60,721 nt of DNA from a virus (lineage: Duplodnaviria; Caudoviricetes). The notes below the pieces were generated by a model, which ran no database searches, was not told the origin of the DNA, and saw only the letters and a program-made list of their open reading frames with translations. The stretch is taken from the IMG/VR virus record IMGVR_UViG_3300042503_002233, positions 1-60,721 of that record. One strand, written 5' to 3'. Of this stretch, positions 41,234-51,480 are shown one piece after another (the stretch's first letter is position 1; the number at the start of each line of letters is the position of its first letter). Both the position numbers and the translations under genes were made by a program.

Positions 41234-41707
41234 ATGGCCAAAATCAAAAGAACCCTAGACATCAAAAAGCCAGACAAAACTCCGCCCTTTGTAATGGCCG
41301 AACCAAATGACGACGCGGCAGCTTTTGGCTGGTCACTCGATAAACTGCGTTACCCGTCAAAGGATTCAAAGAAAGGCGACGTATGGCCCGGGCCGTCTGT
41401 TTTTGAAATCGAAGAGGGAGTCGAGCTTCGGAACGCTTACGGCTTCGATATCAACTTCATCAACGCGAAGTTTGTCCAAGTGCTGCTGGATAACAGCGCG
41501 AAAGTAAGAGCCGCCGCTGAAAAATGCGCCGCGGCAAAATACAGCGAAGAAGCCCGCGCTGATCTTAAGCGCATCATCATGGCTGAATTCAGAGACACAG
41601 TGCTCCCCGAGATTCTTGCGCGATTCAAAAAAATCTCCGGGCTGGTGGCAGATTTTTATGCCGCCAGAATAGCGCACTTAATGACGTACGGCGTAGAAGA
41701 GGACTAG
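41234..41707 (+). CDS. Hypothetical protein
   Basis: 157-aa ORF; its TAG shares CTAG with the stop of the convergent gene. Confidence 0.6.
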   Translation: MAKIKRTLDIKKPDKTPPFVMAEPNDDAAAFGWSLDKLRYPSKDSKKGDVWPGPSVFEIEEGVELRNAYGFDINFINAKFVQVLLDNSAKVRAAAEKCAAAKYSEEARADLKRIIMAEFRDTVLPEILARFKKISGLVADFYAARIAHLMTYGVEED

Positions 41708-41979
41708 ATCGACGCCAGCACAATGAAGTCGCGGCGGTAGCCGGCGATCGGCCCGCGCTTGCCCATCAGCAGTTCGTCGTCTGTCTTGCCGTCGGCGTCA
41801 ACGGGGTACGGACCGCCCATGTTGGATACGCCGGGCTTGTTGAACCCAAGCTCTGCTGCTTTTTTCACGACAAGGTGCGCGGTAGACGCGTCCAGCAGTT
41901 CTTCGATATTATTGCCGGCGACAACGAAATCGGCCCGGTTGATGGTAACCTTCGAAAGCTCGTCAAGGATAGAAATCAT
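41704..41979 (-). CDS. Hypothetical protein (91 aa)
   Basis: MISILDELSKV... start at CAT 41977-41979 with GGAG upstream on the minus strand; protein-like sequence. Confidence 0.6.
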   Translation of the reverse strand: MISILDELSKVTINRADFVVAGNNIEELLDASTAHLVVKKAAELGFNKPGVSNMGGPYPVDADGKTDDELLMGKRGPIAGYRRDFIVLASI

Positions 41980-42577
41980 GGAAATCTCCGCTGAGGGGAA
42001 AAAGCTGACGTTTGGTATGGTAACCCGTGCGTTGAAATTGAGCAAGTTGCAAATCAGGGCTCTTTTTCTAACGGTTTTACGGGAGCCCATGCCGGCAGAA
42101 GACGAGTCACTTAACGACAAGTTTCTCGTGACGCTCGTTTTTGCAGAACTGCTGGAGAAGATAGCCTTCCTGCTGCCCGAGCAACGCACCGCGATTATGA
42201 CAGAAATATGGATCGCCCTTTTTAACACACCGGCTTTTGAAACGCAGTTTAATCAGATTGTGTTCATCGACAGTCAGGTCACAACATGGACCGGTGCGAC
42301 GGGTTTTTTAGACCTGCAAACAGGCGAATGGATTTCTGAGCTACCGCATCCGGCTATGGAGACAATCGGTTACAATTTAAACGAACTGTACCGTCGCGAA
42401 AAATTGCGTATTGAGAAAAGGAGCGGGTTTCATGTCAAAAAACATAATGCAGGAGGCGTGGACGAGCCGGGAGACATTCGCCTCAGTCTTGCTGACGATG
42501 TTCATCGACCGCTTCGGCTTGGAGGCCCTGACGTGGGACCCGACGACGATCTCGATGGAAGTCGAGGAGGAATTTGA
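41978..42577 (+). CDS. Hypothetical protein
   Basis: Likely start MEISAEG at 41978 (AAGGA upstream); alternative starts at 42017 or 42088. Confidence 0.5.
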   Translation: MEISAEGKKLTFGMVTRALKLSKLQIRALFLTVLREPMPAEDESLNDKFLVTLVFAELLEKIAFLLPEQRTAIMTEIWIALFNTPAFETQFNQIVFIDSQVTTWTGATGFLDLQTGEWISELPHPAMETIGYNLNELYRREKLRIEKRSGFHVKKHNAGGVDEPGDIRLSLADDVHRPLRLGGPDVGPDDDLDGSRGGI

Positions 42578-43103
42578 CGTCGACCTGCCGCAACTAGCGC
42601 TCGACAAATTGATGGTGTCGATTCAATTGCTCACCACAAATCGGTTCTACAAGAGCCTCCCTGATTTCATTTCATTCTGCAACGTACTGTCCGGCGACCC
42701 CTACCGGCCAGACATGTGGGACCCCGCAGACGCCGAAGAGGTCGCGTGGGGCGTCACAGAAGCGCTCCTCGTCGAACCGCCCGAAGATCAAGACCCAGAA
42801 CCATTTACGGACGAAATTCGAGCCTACATCGGCGCCGTGCTAGACTCAGAAGGGCTGGTTAATCCGCCTGACATTTTGCGGATAGCCCTGCGACAAGCTA
42901 GAGTGTCCCCGTCGATCGGAGATTTTTCTGACGATCCTATGATGTTCAACGCCGTATATGATCTAGAAGAAGGCAAACGGCAAGACATCGAACAGTCTAT
43001 TCGCCTCAAAACAAAACTGCTTGTGGCGCAACTCCGCGCCCTAAATCTCAAAAACGGCTCTGCAGAACAAGTGGCGCAGATGCTTGAAGCCGCTGCAGGC
43101 TGA
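42432..43103 (+). CDS. Hypothetical acidic protein
   Basis: MSKNIMQEAW..., AAGGAG RBS upstream of 42432. Confidence 0.65.
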   Translation: MSKNIMQEAWTSRETFASVLLTMFIDRFGLEALTWDPTTISMEVEEEFDVDLPQLALDKLMVSIQLLTTNRFYKSLPDFISFCNVLSGDPYRPDMWDPADAEEVAWGVTEALLVEPPEDQDPEPFTDEIRAYIGAVLDSEGLVNPPDILRIALRQARVSPSIGDFSDDPMMFNAVYDLEEGKRQDIEQSIRLKTKLLVAQLRALNLKNGSAEQVAQMLEAAAG

Positions 43104-43114
43104 AGGGCAACAAC

Positions 43115-43339
43115 GTGTTAGTGCTCTCGCGTAAAAAAGACGAAGACATCCTCATTCAAACACCAGAGGGTCGCGTCGTGACGATTCGTGTTGTCGAAAT
43201 TGTAGGCGATAAAGTGCGCCTCGGATTCGAGGCAGAGAAATGCGTGTCGATTGTGCGCACAGAACTTATATCACCCAAAGAGGTTAAACATGGGCTGGAA
43301 CGACCGGCTAATGGAGGACCCTTACATCCCGCCCCCTGA
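43115..43339 (+). CDS. csrA: Carbon storage regulator CsrA/RsmA-family RNA-binding protein
   Basis: MLVLSRKKDEDILI...TIRVVEIVGDKVRLGFEA...SIVRTEL matches the CsrA consensus. Confidence 0.9.
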   Translation: MLVLSRKKDEDILIQTPEGRVVTIRVVEIVGDKVRLGFEAEKCVSIVRTELISPKEVKHGLERPANGGPLHPAP

Positions 43340-43577
43340 GTATTATCGCGCCCGCGATGAATATGAAATGTGGCTGGAGTACGTCGAAGCGCGACTAAAC
43401 GAAGAAAAAGGTTTAACGTCGCAGAATCTTGACCCCCTAACGCTAACCACACCAACTAATGGCCAAAACACAGACCAAGTCGAAAAAGAAAACCGTATCG
43501 AAGAAAAAGACCGGCAGTTTCGAATTCAGGGCGTTGAAGCCAACGCCGAAGAAAGAGCTACGGAACTCCCATTTTAA
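43290..43577 (+). CDS. Hypothetical protein
   Basis: MGWNDRL... with GAGG RBS; overlaps both neighbours. Confidence 0.45.
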   Translation: MGWNDRLMEDPYIPPPEYYRARDEYEMWLEYVEARLNEEKGLTSQNLDPLTLTTPTNGQNTDQVEKENRIEEKDRQFRIQGVEANAEERATELPF

Positions 43578-43731
43578 AGAACTTTACACGGCGCTTGACC
43601 TGCTCGACGCCGTGGCGACAAGCGATAACATGGACGACTTACCGACTGGAGAGCTAGCGTTTTACGCCAGCACGCTCAACCATATGGCGATTGCTCTAAA
43701 GTTCCGGCTTGACGATTTGACCGGCAAGTAA
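43459..43731 (+). CDS. Hypothetical protein with Lys-rich N-terminus
   Basis: 90-aa ORF. Confidence 0.5.
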   Translation: MAKTQTKSKKKTVSKKKTGSFEFRALKPTPKKELRNSHFKELYTALDLLDAVATSDNMDDLPTGELAFYASTLNHMAIALKFRLDDLTGK

Positions 43732-43760
43732 AAAAAAAACACCCGGCATCATGCCGGGTG
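43730..43760 (-). terminator. Rho-independent terminator for the minus-strand gene 43957..45135
   Basis: CACCCGGCA-TCA-TGCCGGGTG hairpin (43740-43760) next to A10 on the + strand, which is a U-tract on the minus strand. Confidence 0.75.
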
Positions 43761-43956
43761 CCGCAATCCAATCCTTGGGTTGCTAAATGCTGTCCTTGCA
43801 ATTTACTTGGCTGGCGACCCGACCATATGCCGTCGCCGCCGTTCCTTGCCGCGCGGAATAATGTACTGACGCGCAAAAAAGCGTCAATGCCAAAAAAAAA
43901 ACAGCCGACCGCAAACGCGATCGGCTGCTAGGGACGACCCTGCCGGGACGCCAAAA

Positions 43957-45135
43957 CTACTCTGCTTGATTGGCCAGTTCAAACAGCTTTTCCATCGGCA
44001 GAAGACTTTCGGCCGCCTTTGTTCGCACAACTGCCGCCATCTTGTTTTCCTGCATAAGCCGATCAAGAGAAGCCGCCATTCCGCGGTCGAGTGTGGGCAC
44101 AATCGCGGCAAGCTTGTCGCGATCGAGGTACACGCCGCCGGCGCTCACCGCCTCTGCAAAGTCGTCGCCCAGCCAATTACGCACGTCGTCGAGCGCCAGT
44201 TTTTCCAGATCGGCGAGCGCGTATACGTTGCCGGTAGTCGTCTCGACATTTGACGACATAAAATCTCGGGCCACCTTCTCGGTAACGGCAAACAGCACCT
44301 CTTCAGCGCGCGGTAGCCCGCCGGCGTCATACAGCCGATAAAGATGATTGACGCGGTCAAACTCGTCGACCGCCGCGGCCAGCTTAACACGCGTTTCTTG
44401 AGCTCGCGCGTTATCCGGGTTCTGCTCCAGCGCGGTCGCCAGCTTGAGCATTTCCAGCGACGCGGGCTGGTTGCTGCGCTGCACGAGCCTAGCGCGATCG
44501 CGCAGCATCTCAGCCGCTACCTTCGTGGCGCAGGCGCCGTATCCGGCTGTCAGCGCCAGCATGTGCTCGTGCTCGGAAATGTCAGCATTATGGGCGGCCG
44601 CTTTCTGGAGAATCTTATCAGCAATTGTGTGTCGGTCCTCGAACACAAATTCGTCGCGCCACTTAGAGAAGCCGTGGGCAGCGTACTTAACCTCGGTGGC
44701 GTTTCGCATAGGCCAGTGCCGCTCTTTGACGCCATCGCCGCCGACCCAGACAATCGCAAAGTGCTCGTCGCCGAGATTGGCGGCGGCATCTTCGCCGGCG
44801 GAGGCCACTTTAGCCTCCATCTCTTGGACGGCGCCGAGAATGCCGAAAAACTTGGCCGCGGCGTGAATCCGGGTCTGAATCTCTGATGCGCTCTTTTCGT
44901 TAAACTCTGCCTGCTTGTCGGCAAAAAACAAAGCTGACAGCCAAGTTGCAGGAGCGGTATGACAAGGATAGAGTTTATTGCGCTGATCCGCGTACATGTG
45001 CCGCTGAAGTGTTTCGTCGCCATGTGTCCGCTCATGCGAGGCAGACTTTACAAAATCGGGATTGCTAAAAAGCGACAAAAGGCGGTGCGTTTCGCGACCG
45101 CTGATATCCTGTGTTTGGTCGAGCGGAGTTGTCAT
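43957..45135 (-). CDS. Hypothetical protein, possibly head/packaging associated; two internal repeats
   Basis: 392 aa; GAGG RBS; two similar segments 'LYPCHT..ATWLS..FF.....F......I..RI..AA' and 'HWPMRN..EVKYA...F.....F....R..I..KI...AA' (DUF6582-like by recall). Confidence 0.7.
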   Translation of the reverse strand: MTTPLDQTQDISGRETHRLLSLFSNPDFVKSASHERTHGDETLQRHMYADQRNKLYPCHTAPATWLSALFFADKQAEFNEKSASEIQTRIHAAAKFFGILGAVQEMEAKVASAGEDAAANLGDEHFAIVWVGGDGVKERHWPMRNATEVKYAAHGFSKWRDEFVFEDRHTIADKILQKAAAHNADISEHEHMLALTAGYGACATKVAAEMLRDRARLVQRSNQPASLEMLKLATALEQNPDNARAQETRVKLAAAVDEFDRVNHLYRLYDAGGLPRAEEVLFAVTEKVARDFMSSNVETTTGNVYALADLEKLALDDVRNWLGDDFAEAVSAGGVYLDRDKLAAIVPTLDRGMAASLDRLMQENKMAAVVRTKAAESLLPMEKLFELANQAE

Positions 45136-47746
45136 GAGTCTTCCTACCTCTTTAGTGCGCCGACATGATCATCTGCGCGCCCTGTCGGCATTAGGGCTGT
45201 CGCTCGAAAAACCCGCGTTCCCGGCTATTTTACAGTGCCCTCGTTGCGGTCAATATACGCTGCAGTTATTCGATGATTTGTTTACTGATGGTATTTGGTT
45301 GAACTGTCAAAGTTGTTCTATGCACGGAGATATCATAATCTTCGGCGCGGAACTATGGAAGTTAAGTTTACCAAATACGCTGACAAAATTCAGCGAAATG
45401 GGCCTGATTGCCGAAAACGACGCTGACCGCGTTTTAGGCGACTATGAGCGGTATTTTAACCGCAGAACCGCCGTAGAAAACTTCCTGTTTGACGCCATGT
45501 CGCAGGTTTGGAACCACGGCGACGACGTAATTGCGTGTCGACTCAGGGATTTGGGTGTACGCCATGAGATAGAAAATTGCTACGGATTACTTGGAGTTGC
45601 CCATTATGACCAGATTGCGAAAGTTTGTTTGGAAGTGGGGCGACCAAAGCCGCCCCGACTACGAGACGATGGCCCCAGTATTGTATTTCCTTTTTATGAC
45701 CTCCCGGGGCGATTAACCGGAGTTTTATTACTGCAGTACAACGAGGCGTACGAATCTAAACAGACGTATGTCCCCCTCTCCGGCGCTAGAAAACAAAGAC
45801 CAGAAGCGGGCTATTATCTGCTGTCTGCCGCATGGCGCGCTAAACAACCAACATTTAAAAACACGCAGTTTATTTTCGATGATCCGCTGTGGGTTGTAAA
45901 AGCGCAGTGTCAAGCGTTTGCCCGTCAACAAGGCTGGCTGCCGATTATGGCCAGCTACACCGGGCCAGAAGCAGAAAGTTACGGAACAAGCTGGCAGTCG
46001 TTCGGGCACGCAGACCGCATATTTCACGGACACAGCCCGACGCCAGAATTAATCAGCCGGGCATGCAACGCCAAAGGCTACATATCTGTCGTGCACAACA
46101 GCCGAGTAAGCGTGTTTCCAAAATTGTCGACGATCAGAACGAATGTGCAAACGTGGCAACAGGCGCTACGCAATACACTCGCCGGCGCAAACGAAATGAA
46201 TGCCGAGGCGTTTGCGAAGCGCCTTACCATCGCGCCCGATAAGCTGCAGGGCTTTTTGACAAAAGTATCTGCGCTATTCTCGCCGGGCTTTCAAGAGCGA
46301 GTCATGCTGGCCGCCACAGCGCCCGCAGACGCGCCGCTTAAAGTGCAGCGCCGCTGGTTTGTAGTCGAACGCGACAGCGGCTGGTGGAGTCAAAGCGGCC
46401 GCCAGATCGCAAATTTTCGCGTCAGCATTGACGAAGTCATTCACGCGGATAACGGTGAGAAAACATACAAAGGCCGCGTCTTCATGGGCGGCGACGTCTA
46501 CGCTTTTACGGAGTCGTCAAAACGTATCGAACACGGCGGCCTGCTCACCTACGCTGACGGCCTGCTGTCGCACAACGGCAAATTAGCCGTGTTCGATTGG
46601 ATGTGGAACAAAAAAGCACATTTGCTTGCCATGCACCTTCACCCGCCGAAACTTATAAATGTTTCAACTGAGTACGGCTGGGACGCACAAGCCAACGTGT
46701 TCAGATTTGCGGGCTACGAGCTTACGCATAACGGGGACGTCACAAAAACACACGTGTGGCCAAAACAGCCAAAAAACAAAGAGTTCCAAGAACCGCTGCC
46801 GATCGCCCCGCTACCGATTCATGACATCATTACGCCGGCGCATGAAAACTCGTTTATATGGGCGACTGCCGCAACGATTCTTGCAAATCTTATCGCCCCC
46901 ATTGCGCGAAAAGATTACGTAGCCACCGCAATCCCTCCGCGCATGTTTTCACTCGTAGCACGAATCGCGGCCGCAATGGGCTGCGACGTTGAAAAAACAA
47001 TGGCGTTCCAAAAACACGTCGCGGGCAAGTTCCTAGAAACAAAAACAGCCGACGCCATATGGCCAGTTGCGTGCTTTGGCGCGTTTAACGACGAGGTTTT
47101 CGGTCATTGTGTGCCTCGTTGTTTCAACAGACCGCTGCTGCTTAAAGTAACAAAACAAAACACGGCTGTTGCACTTAGTTACGGCTGGCAGAGTTTAAGC
47201 AGCGCACCATTCAACGCCGACGCCGATATCAGTCCGCTACGAGCAATTGTTCCGGCCTACATACAACGCGCACTCAAAACGAGAGCCAACTTTTTCAGAG
47301 CGGAAAGTAGTCTTCATGCGCGCGTACTCGAAGATTTAAACACATGGCTCACCGAGACCTACGGCATGTCATTTAATCTGCCGCACGCCAAGACGCTGAG
47401 CCAGTATCCGTCGCACGCCCACGCCGCGCTTATGGCCGAGATAAACGACGCAATTTTGGCCGGGAAAATAGCCGTTTTGCCGCAACCGCGCACAAGCAAA
47501 CAAGCCAAAAACTATATTTTGGTCAAAAAAGACTGCTGGTGGTTGAATCAACAGGCCATAGATCGTTATTTTTATACTGCCCGTTGCGTAGGCCCGAACT
47601 GGTTGATGATTATAGAGTTACTGCAAAAAGACGGTGTTTACGTGGGCGAAGAAGTCGTACAAAATATGTCGGGCGTTCTTGTTAAATCAAATTGGTGCGA
47701 AAGGTTTCACGCAACTCCAAGCATACTGCGAACAGAAATCGGTTAA
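45134..47746 (+). CDS. Primase-like protein (Zn finger + DnaG-like core) with a large C-terminal domain
   Basis: Start MSLPTS at 45134 after GGAG; CPRC..NCQSC..HGDII Zn finger; 'SIVFPFYDLPGRLTGV' resembles DnaG 'RIIFPI.D..GRV.GF'. Confidence 0.55.
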   Translation: MSLPTSLVRRHDHLRALSALGLSLEKPAFPAILQCPRCGQYTLQLFDDLFTDGIWLNCQSCSMHGDIIIFGAELWKLSLPNTLTKFSEMGLIAENDADRVLGDYERYFNRRTAVENFLFDAMSQVWNHGDDVIACRLRDLGVRHEIENCYGLLGVAHYDQIAKVCLEVGRPKPPRLRDDGPSIVFPFYDLPGRLTGVLLLQYNEAYESKQTYVPLSGARKQRPEAGYYLLSAAWRAKQPTFKNTQFIFDDPLWVVKAQCQAFARQQGWLPIMASYTGPEAESYGTSWQSFGHADRIFHGHSPTPELISRACNAKGYISVVHNSRVSVFPKLSTIRTNVQTWQQALRNTLAGANEMNAEAFAKRLTIAPDKLQGFLTKVSALFSPGFQERVMLAATAPADAPLKVQRRWFVVERDSGWWSQSGRQIANFRVSIDEVIHADNGEKTYKGRVFMGGDVYAFTESSKRIEHGGLLTYADGLLSHNGKLAVFDWMWNKKAHLLAMHLHPPKLINVSTEYGWDAQANVFRFAGYELTHNGDVTKTHVWPKQPKNKEFQEPLPIAPLPIHDIITPAHENSFIWATAATILANLIAPIARKDYVATAIPPRMFSLVARIAAAMGCDVEKTMAFQKHVAGKFLETKTADAIWPVACFGAFNDEVFGHCVPRCFNRPLLLKVTKQNTAVALSYGWQSLSSAPFNADADISPLRAIVPAYIQRALKTRANFFRAESSLHARVLEDLNTWLTETYGMSFNLPHAKTLSQYPSHAHAALMAEINDAILAGKIAVLPQPRTSKQAKNYILVKKDCWWLNQQAIDRYFYTARCVGPNWLMIIELLQKDGVYVGEEVVQNMSGVLVKSNWCERFHATPSILRTEIG

Positions 47747-47748
47747 TC

Positions 47749-48114
<366 letters not shown>

Positions 48115-48582
48115 ATGCAAACATTTCTGCCCCTCCCTAGTTTTAAGGAGTCGGCGAAGTGCCTAGACAACAAGCGGCTTGGAAAACAGCGGCTTGAGTG
48201 CAAACAAATTTTGCTGTGCCTCGGCGTGCCAATCGGCAAGCACCGACCGGGAAAACGAGGGTGGCGACATCATCCAGCCGTACTGATGTGGGCTGGACAC
48301 GAAGTTGCCCTTTTGGTATACGGAATCGTCGTTTGTCGCGAATGGAAATCGCGTGGGTTTCAAGACCAGCTAGAAGCCGAGTTCGTAAAGGCATACCGCC
48401 GGCTTCGACCAACCATTCCGGCCAACCGCTATCCAGAGTGGTTTGGCGACGAGACGTTTCATGCGAGCCACCGCAGCAATCTGTTGCGCAAAGATTTTTG
48501 GCACTACTCCCGTCTTGGTTGGCGGGACCCGACCGACTTGCCCTACATCTGGCCCACGCAAATAGCGCAGGCCGCACTATGA
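48115..48582 (+). CDS. MSMEG_6728-family / pyrimidine-dimer DNA glycosylase (EndoV-like) protein
   Basis: MQTFLP..F..SA..LD.KRLGKQR.E..QIL...HPAVLMW.G...HASHRSNLLRKD...Y.WP signature. Confidence 0.8.
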   Translation: MQTFLPLPSFKESAKCLDNKRLGKQRLECKQILLCLGVPIGKHRPGKRGWRHHPAVLMWAGHEVALLVYGIVVCREWKSRGFQDQLEAEFVKAYRRLRPTIPANRYPEWFGDETFHASHRSNLLRKDFWHYSRLGWRDPTDLPYIWPTQIAQAAL

Positions 48583-48869
48583 AAAAATACAAAACCAGAC
48601 AAGCCCGCGTACTTGTAGACATCCTCTGCGACGTGTGTGGCAAAAGCTGCAAAAATGACAACTACTACGCCGACGATACGTTGCTGCGCGAAGACGCCGA
48701 TTTTGAATACGGCACTGTTAGCGCAACGTGGGGTTATTTTAGCTGCAAGGACGGAGAGAGCTATTCCACCGTTTTGTGCGAGAGTTGTTTTGACGACGTA
48801 GTCAAACACATTGAGGCACTAAAAACGCAAAGACGCGAGAGCGAAAACAATGCAAGAGAAAACACTTAA
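48579..48869 (+). CDS. Small Zn-binding protein
   Basis: ATGA overlap; CDVCGK...WGY.S.KDGE.....LCESCF. Confidence 0.65.
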   Translation: MKKYKTRQARVLVDILCDVCGKSCKNDNYYADDTLLREDADFEYGTVSATWGYFSCKDGESYSTVLCESCFDDVVKHIEALKTQRRESENNARENT

Positions 48870-50328
48870 AATTCTTGTTGCCGTACTTCGTGTGTTTATT
48901 GGCTCGGCGGATCGCGGAAATCCGATCACGCTGCACGAACACGAAGTTGTAAGTCAGGTATGCCGCGGCATGCACAAGCGAAAAGAAAAGGAAGTAAAGA
49001 ACATGCGTGGCCTGATCGTATTCGCTATACGGTCGCTCAAAGGCGGCTGTGTGCTTTACGAGGCTATCGACAGTTGGTCGGACGATAAATTGAAGCGCCC
49101 AAAGTCGTTGTCAGAAAAGAAGTTGTTCGGCCTAACCGACAAAGCGCTGACGTATGTCGCGGAGCATCAGATCGCCGGCGTTAACACGCAGAGCAATCAA
49201 TTTTTGCTCGATATGCTGCGGGCAGAGGAGTTTGAAATTCTGCCGAAAAACCAAATCCCGATTACAGTTGATAGTGCGCCAGAGGCGCTTGTAAAAACCG
49301 TTACCGCAATAAAACAAGAACAAAAACAGGAGATCGCTATCGTGCCAGATCGCAGCCAGCCTGCCCGCCCGGAGACGGCGCACAATGTTCAGCGCCTTGT
49401 TGTTACCGTCCGCAACAAAAGCAAAGAATGGCTCGGTCAGAGCACCCCCGCCGATTTGCTGGGCGGTCTGTCCGAACAATATTTTGCCACCGAAGGCGCA
49501 GATACAGCGGTCGGAAGCGCGGTCAAGCTGGGCTGGCCTGAAAGACGCCGCGCGATGTACAAGGAAGCCGTTCGTTTCTTAAAGTCGCACGGCCTTGTCG
49601 AAGATTTCGACACACGACGGGACCCCTACACCGGCGCTACGAGAGCTTACGGCGTTAAACTGACGAATCTTGGTCTTGAGGTCGCCGTCGCCGGCGAATT
49701 CAAAGACGAGCGCCCGCAATCCGAACGGAAGGTCGATGCGCCAACTGCTGCAGAGAAACTCACACCCACAGGAAGCCCCATGCTTAAGGGACACAAGAAG
49801 CCCGACGAGACGCCTGCGGCGGCCAACGACCAACTGGCCGCTGTGCTCGCACAAATGCAAAAAATGCGCGAGGAAATCACTGCGCTACGCGCCGAACGAG
49901 AGGTAGCCGCAGCCGGCGCCCTGATCGCCTCGTCGTCGCCGCCAGAGCCGACTTACTATAACGATCGCGCCACCATGGCTGTAGTATTAAAGGGCGCGGT
50001 GGCCGCGTTAATTCAGACGTTTTCGTGTCTGCTCGACGATAAAGCGCAGACTATCAACGCAACCGGGCTGTACCTCAGCCTGACTGAATTTGAAAAGGCT
50101 GTGCTCGGCATCAAGGGCTACGTAAGCGAGTGCATTCGCGACGAGTCGCCTGTTGACCTAGAATTGCTGCAACAGTACGCCGCAGACTATACAGCCGCGG
50201 CAGATATGTTGGAGACCAAATCGACGCTCCCAATCGTGGCCGAAAAAATCGTTACAAAGCGATCGCTGGCGGGTGACAACGCCATCCGTCGACAGATTTG
50301 GCGTCGCGATCGGGCGGCACGGGTGTAG
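48850..50328 (+). CDS. Hypothetical protein (possible winged-helix and coiled coil)
   Basis: 492-aa ORF. Confidence 0.6.
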   Translation: MQEKTLKILVAVLRVFIGSADRGNPITLHEHEVVSQVCRGMHKRKEKEVKNMRGLIVFAIRSLKGGCVLYEAIDSWSDDKLKRPKSLSEKKLFGLTDKALTYVAEHQIAGVNTQSNQFLLDMLRAEEFEILPKNQIPITVDSAPEALVKTVTAIKQEQKQEIAIVPDRSQPARPETAHNVQRLVVTVRNKSKEWLGQSTPADLLGGLSEQYFATEGADTAVGSAVKLGWPERRRAMYKEAVRFLKSHGLVEDFDTRRDPYTGATRAYGVKLTNLGLEVAVAGEFKDERPQSERKVDAPTAAEKLTPTGSPMLKGHKKPDETPAAANDQLAAVLAQMQKMREEITALRAEREVAAAGALIASSSPPEPTYYNDRATMAVVLKGAVAALIQTFSCLLDDKAQTINATGLYLSLTEFEKAVLGIKGYVSECIRDESPVDLELLQQYAADYTAAADMLETKSTLPIVAEKIVTKRSLAGDNAIRRQIWRRDRAARV

Positions 50329-50334
50329 TGTCAG

Positions 50335-50407
50335 GCCAGCGTAGCTCAGTTGGTAGAGCAGCAGTTTTGTAAACTGCGGGTCGCCGGTTCGAGCCCGGCC
50401 GCTGGCT
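50335..50407 (+). tRNA. tRNA-Thr(UGU), CCA not encoded
   Basis: Acceptor GCCAGCG/CGCTGGC; D arm GCTC-AGTTGGTA-GAGC; anticodon arm GCAGT-TT-TGT-AA-ACTGC; T arm GCCGG-TTCGAGC-CCGGC. Confidence 0.95.
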
Positions 50408-50441
50408 GTGTATACTCCGTACGGCCAAGGAGGGCCAAAAC

Positions 50442-50897
50442 ATGGAGTTTGTTATTCGTATCAAAGATATCAATAAGCTCGGGCTGGTCGATGTTACCGC
50501 GATCTATACGCGCTTGTCTCGGCCTGACTCGATCAGCGGCAGTTCCATACAAAAAGAACTAGAAAAGCGGTATCTCGCTAAAGATGCTTCGACCGAGCAG
50601 CAGCCAAAAATGGCAATAGCAATTATTTGGCTGGACGACACACTTGTCGGGTGGGTCGGCACGCGCCCGTGGCCGGAAAAATTTAAAGGCAAACCGGTCA
50701 CTGCGCAGACAATCGAATGTTTTGTCGACCCAGAATTTCGCCGCCGCGGGATCGCAAAATTAGGCGTGCAGGCGCTCATCGCGGCCAATGCACTCGACAA
50801 AAACGAATTAGTGTCAGTGTACGCGCCGGAGGTTGTTGAATTAGCCCGTCGCTGCGGCTGCAAAATAGTCGTCTACTGCAAAACAGAAGGTGCGTGA
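50442..50897 (+). CDS. GNAT-family acetyltransferase
   Basis: Motif A 'FVDPEFRRRGIAK'; GGAGG RBS. Confidence 0.8.
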   Translation: MEFVIRIKDINKLGLVDVTAIYTRLSRPDSISGSSIQKELEKRYLAKDASTEQQPKMAIAIIWLDDTLVGWVGTRPWPEKFKGKPVTAQTIECFVDPEFRRRGIAKLGVQALIAANALDKNELVSVYAPEVVELARRCGCKIVVYCKTEGA

Positions 50898-50900
50898 CTT

Positions 50901-51170
50901 ATGAAACGTTACCACGAAGAAAAACACATTATTGAAAGCCGCGTAAAAAAGAACCGGCAATTGAACATCAGTTGGCAAGAGTTTGGAAGCTGGCGGGATC
51001 AAAGCAGCTTTCAGGTGGACGCCGGAAAATACCGCAAAACATTACGTTGTTCTGGTTGCACGCGCGCTCGTTGTCAGGTGTGCCACCCAGAAAAATATCC
51101 AAAACGAAAACCGACCAGACAAGAACTTCAAGCAAAAAAGGAACTTAACAGATATGACCAAGACCGCTGA
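50901..51170 (+). CDS. Small basic Cys-rich protein
   Basis: CSGCTRARCQVCHPEK motif. Confidence 0.55.
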   Translation: MKRYHEEKHIIESRVKKNRQLNISWQEFGSWRDQSSFQVDAGKYRKTLRCSGCTRARCQVCHPEKYPKRKPTRQELQAKKELNRYDQDR

Positions 51171-51480
51171 CTCCCTCATCCACGACATCGAAACCACCGC
51201 GCAGTCTCTCGCTGACGCCGTCACGGCTGAGCAGTCGCTCGAAGATAACCGCATCAACGCCAAGCTTGCTGCAATCGACCGCATCATGTCGCGCGGCGAT
51301 AATCAGTTTACCGGCAAGCCGCATTCTTTCTCGTCTGCCGAGGCAATCGTCAATACGGACGAAGATTATCAAACGTATCTTGAAAATCTGCGGCTCGCTG
51401 TCCGCCAACGCATTCTCGCCAAGGGCAACTACGATGCAGCCGTAGCAGCCGCCCGCCTTGGAGCCATTCCGGTTGTTTGA
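51154..51480 (+). CDS. Hypothetical helical protein
   Basis: MTKTADSLIHD..., AAGGA upstream. Confidence 0.6.
   Translation: MTKTADSLIHDIETTAQSLADAVTAEQSLEDNRINAKLAAIDRIMSRGDNQFTGKPHSFSSAEAIVNTDEDYQTYLENLRLAVRQRILAKGNYDAAVAAARLGAIPVV

Noticed and set aside
43867-43886. Small hairpin TGACGC-N8-GCGTCA
   Set aside because: Only a 6-bp stem, too weak to call; the stronger terminator at 43730-43760 already accounts for the locus
50252-50562. Short ORFs overlapping the tRNA
   Set aside because: Explained by the tRNA-Thr sequence and the adjacent GNAT gene
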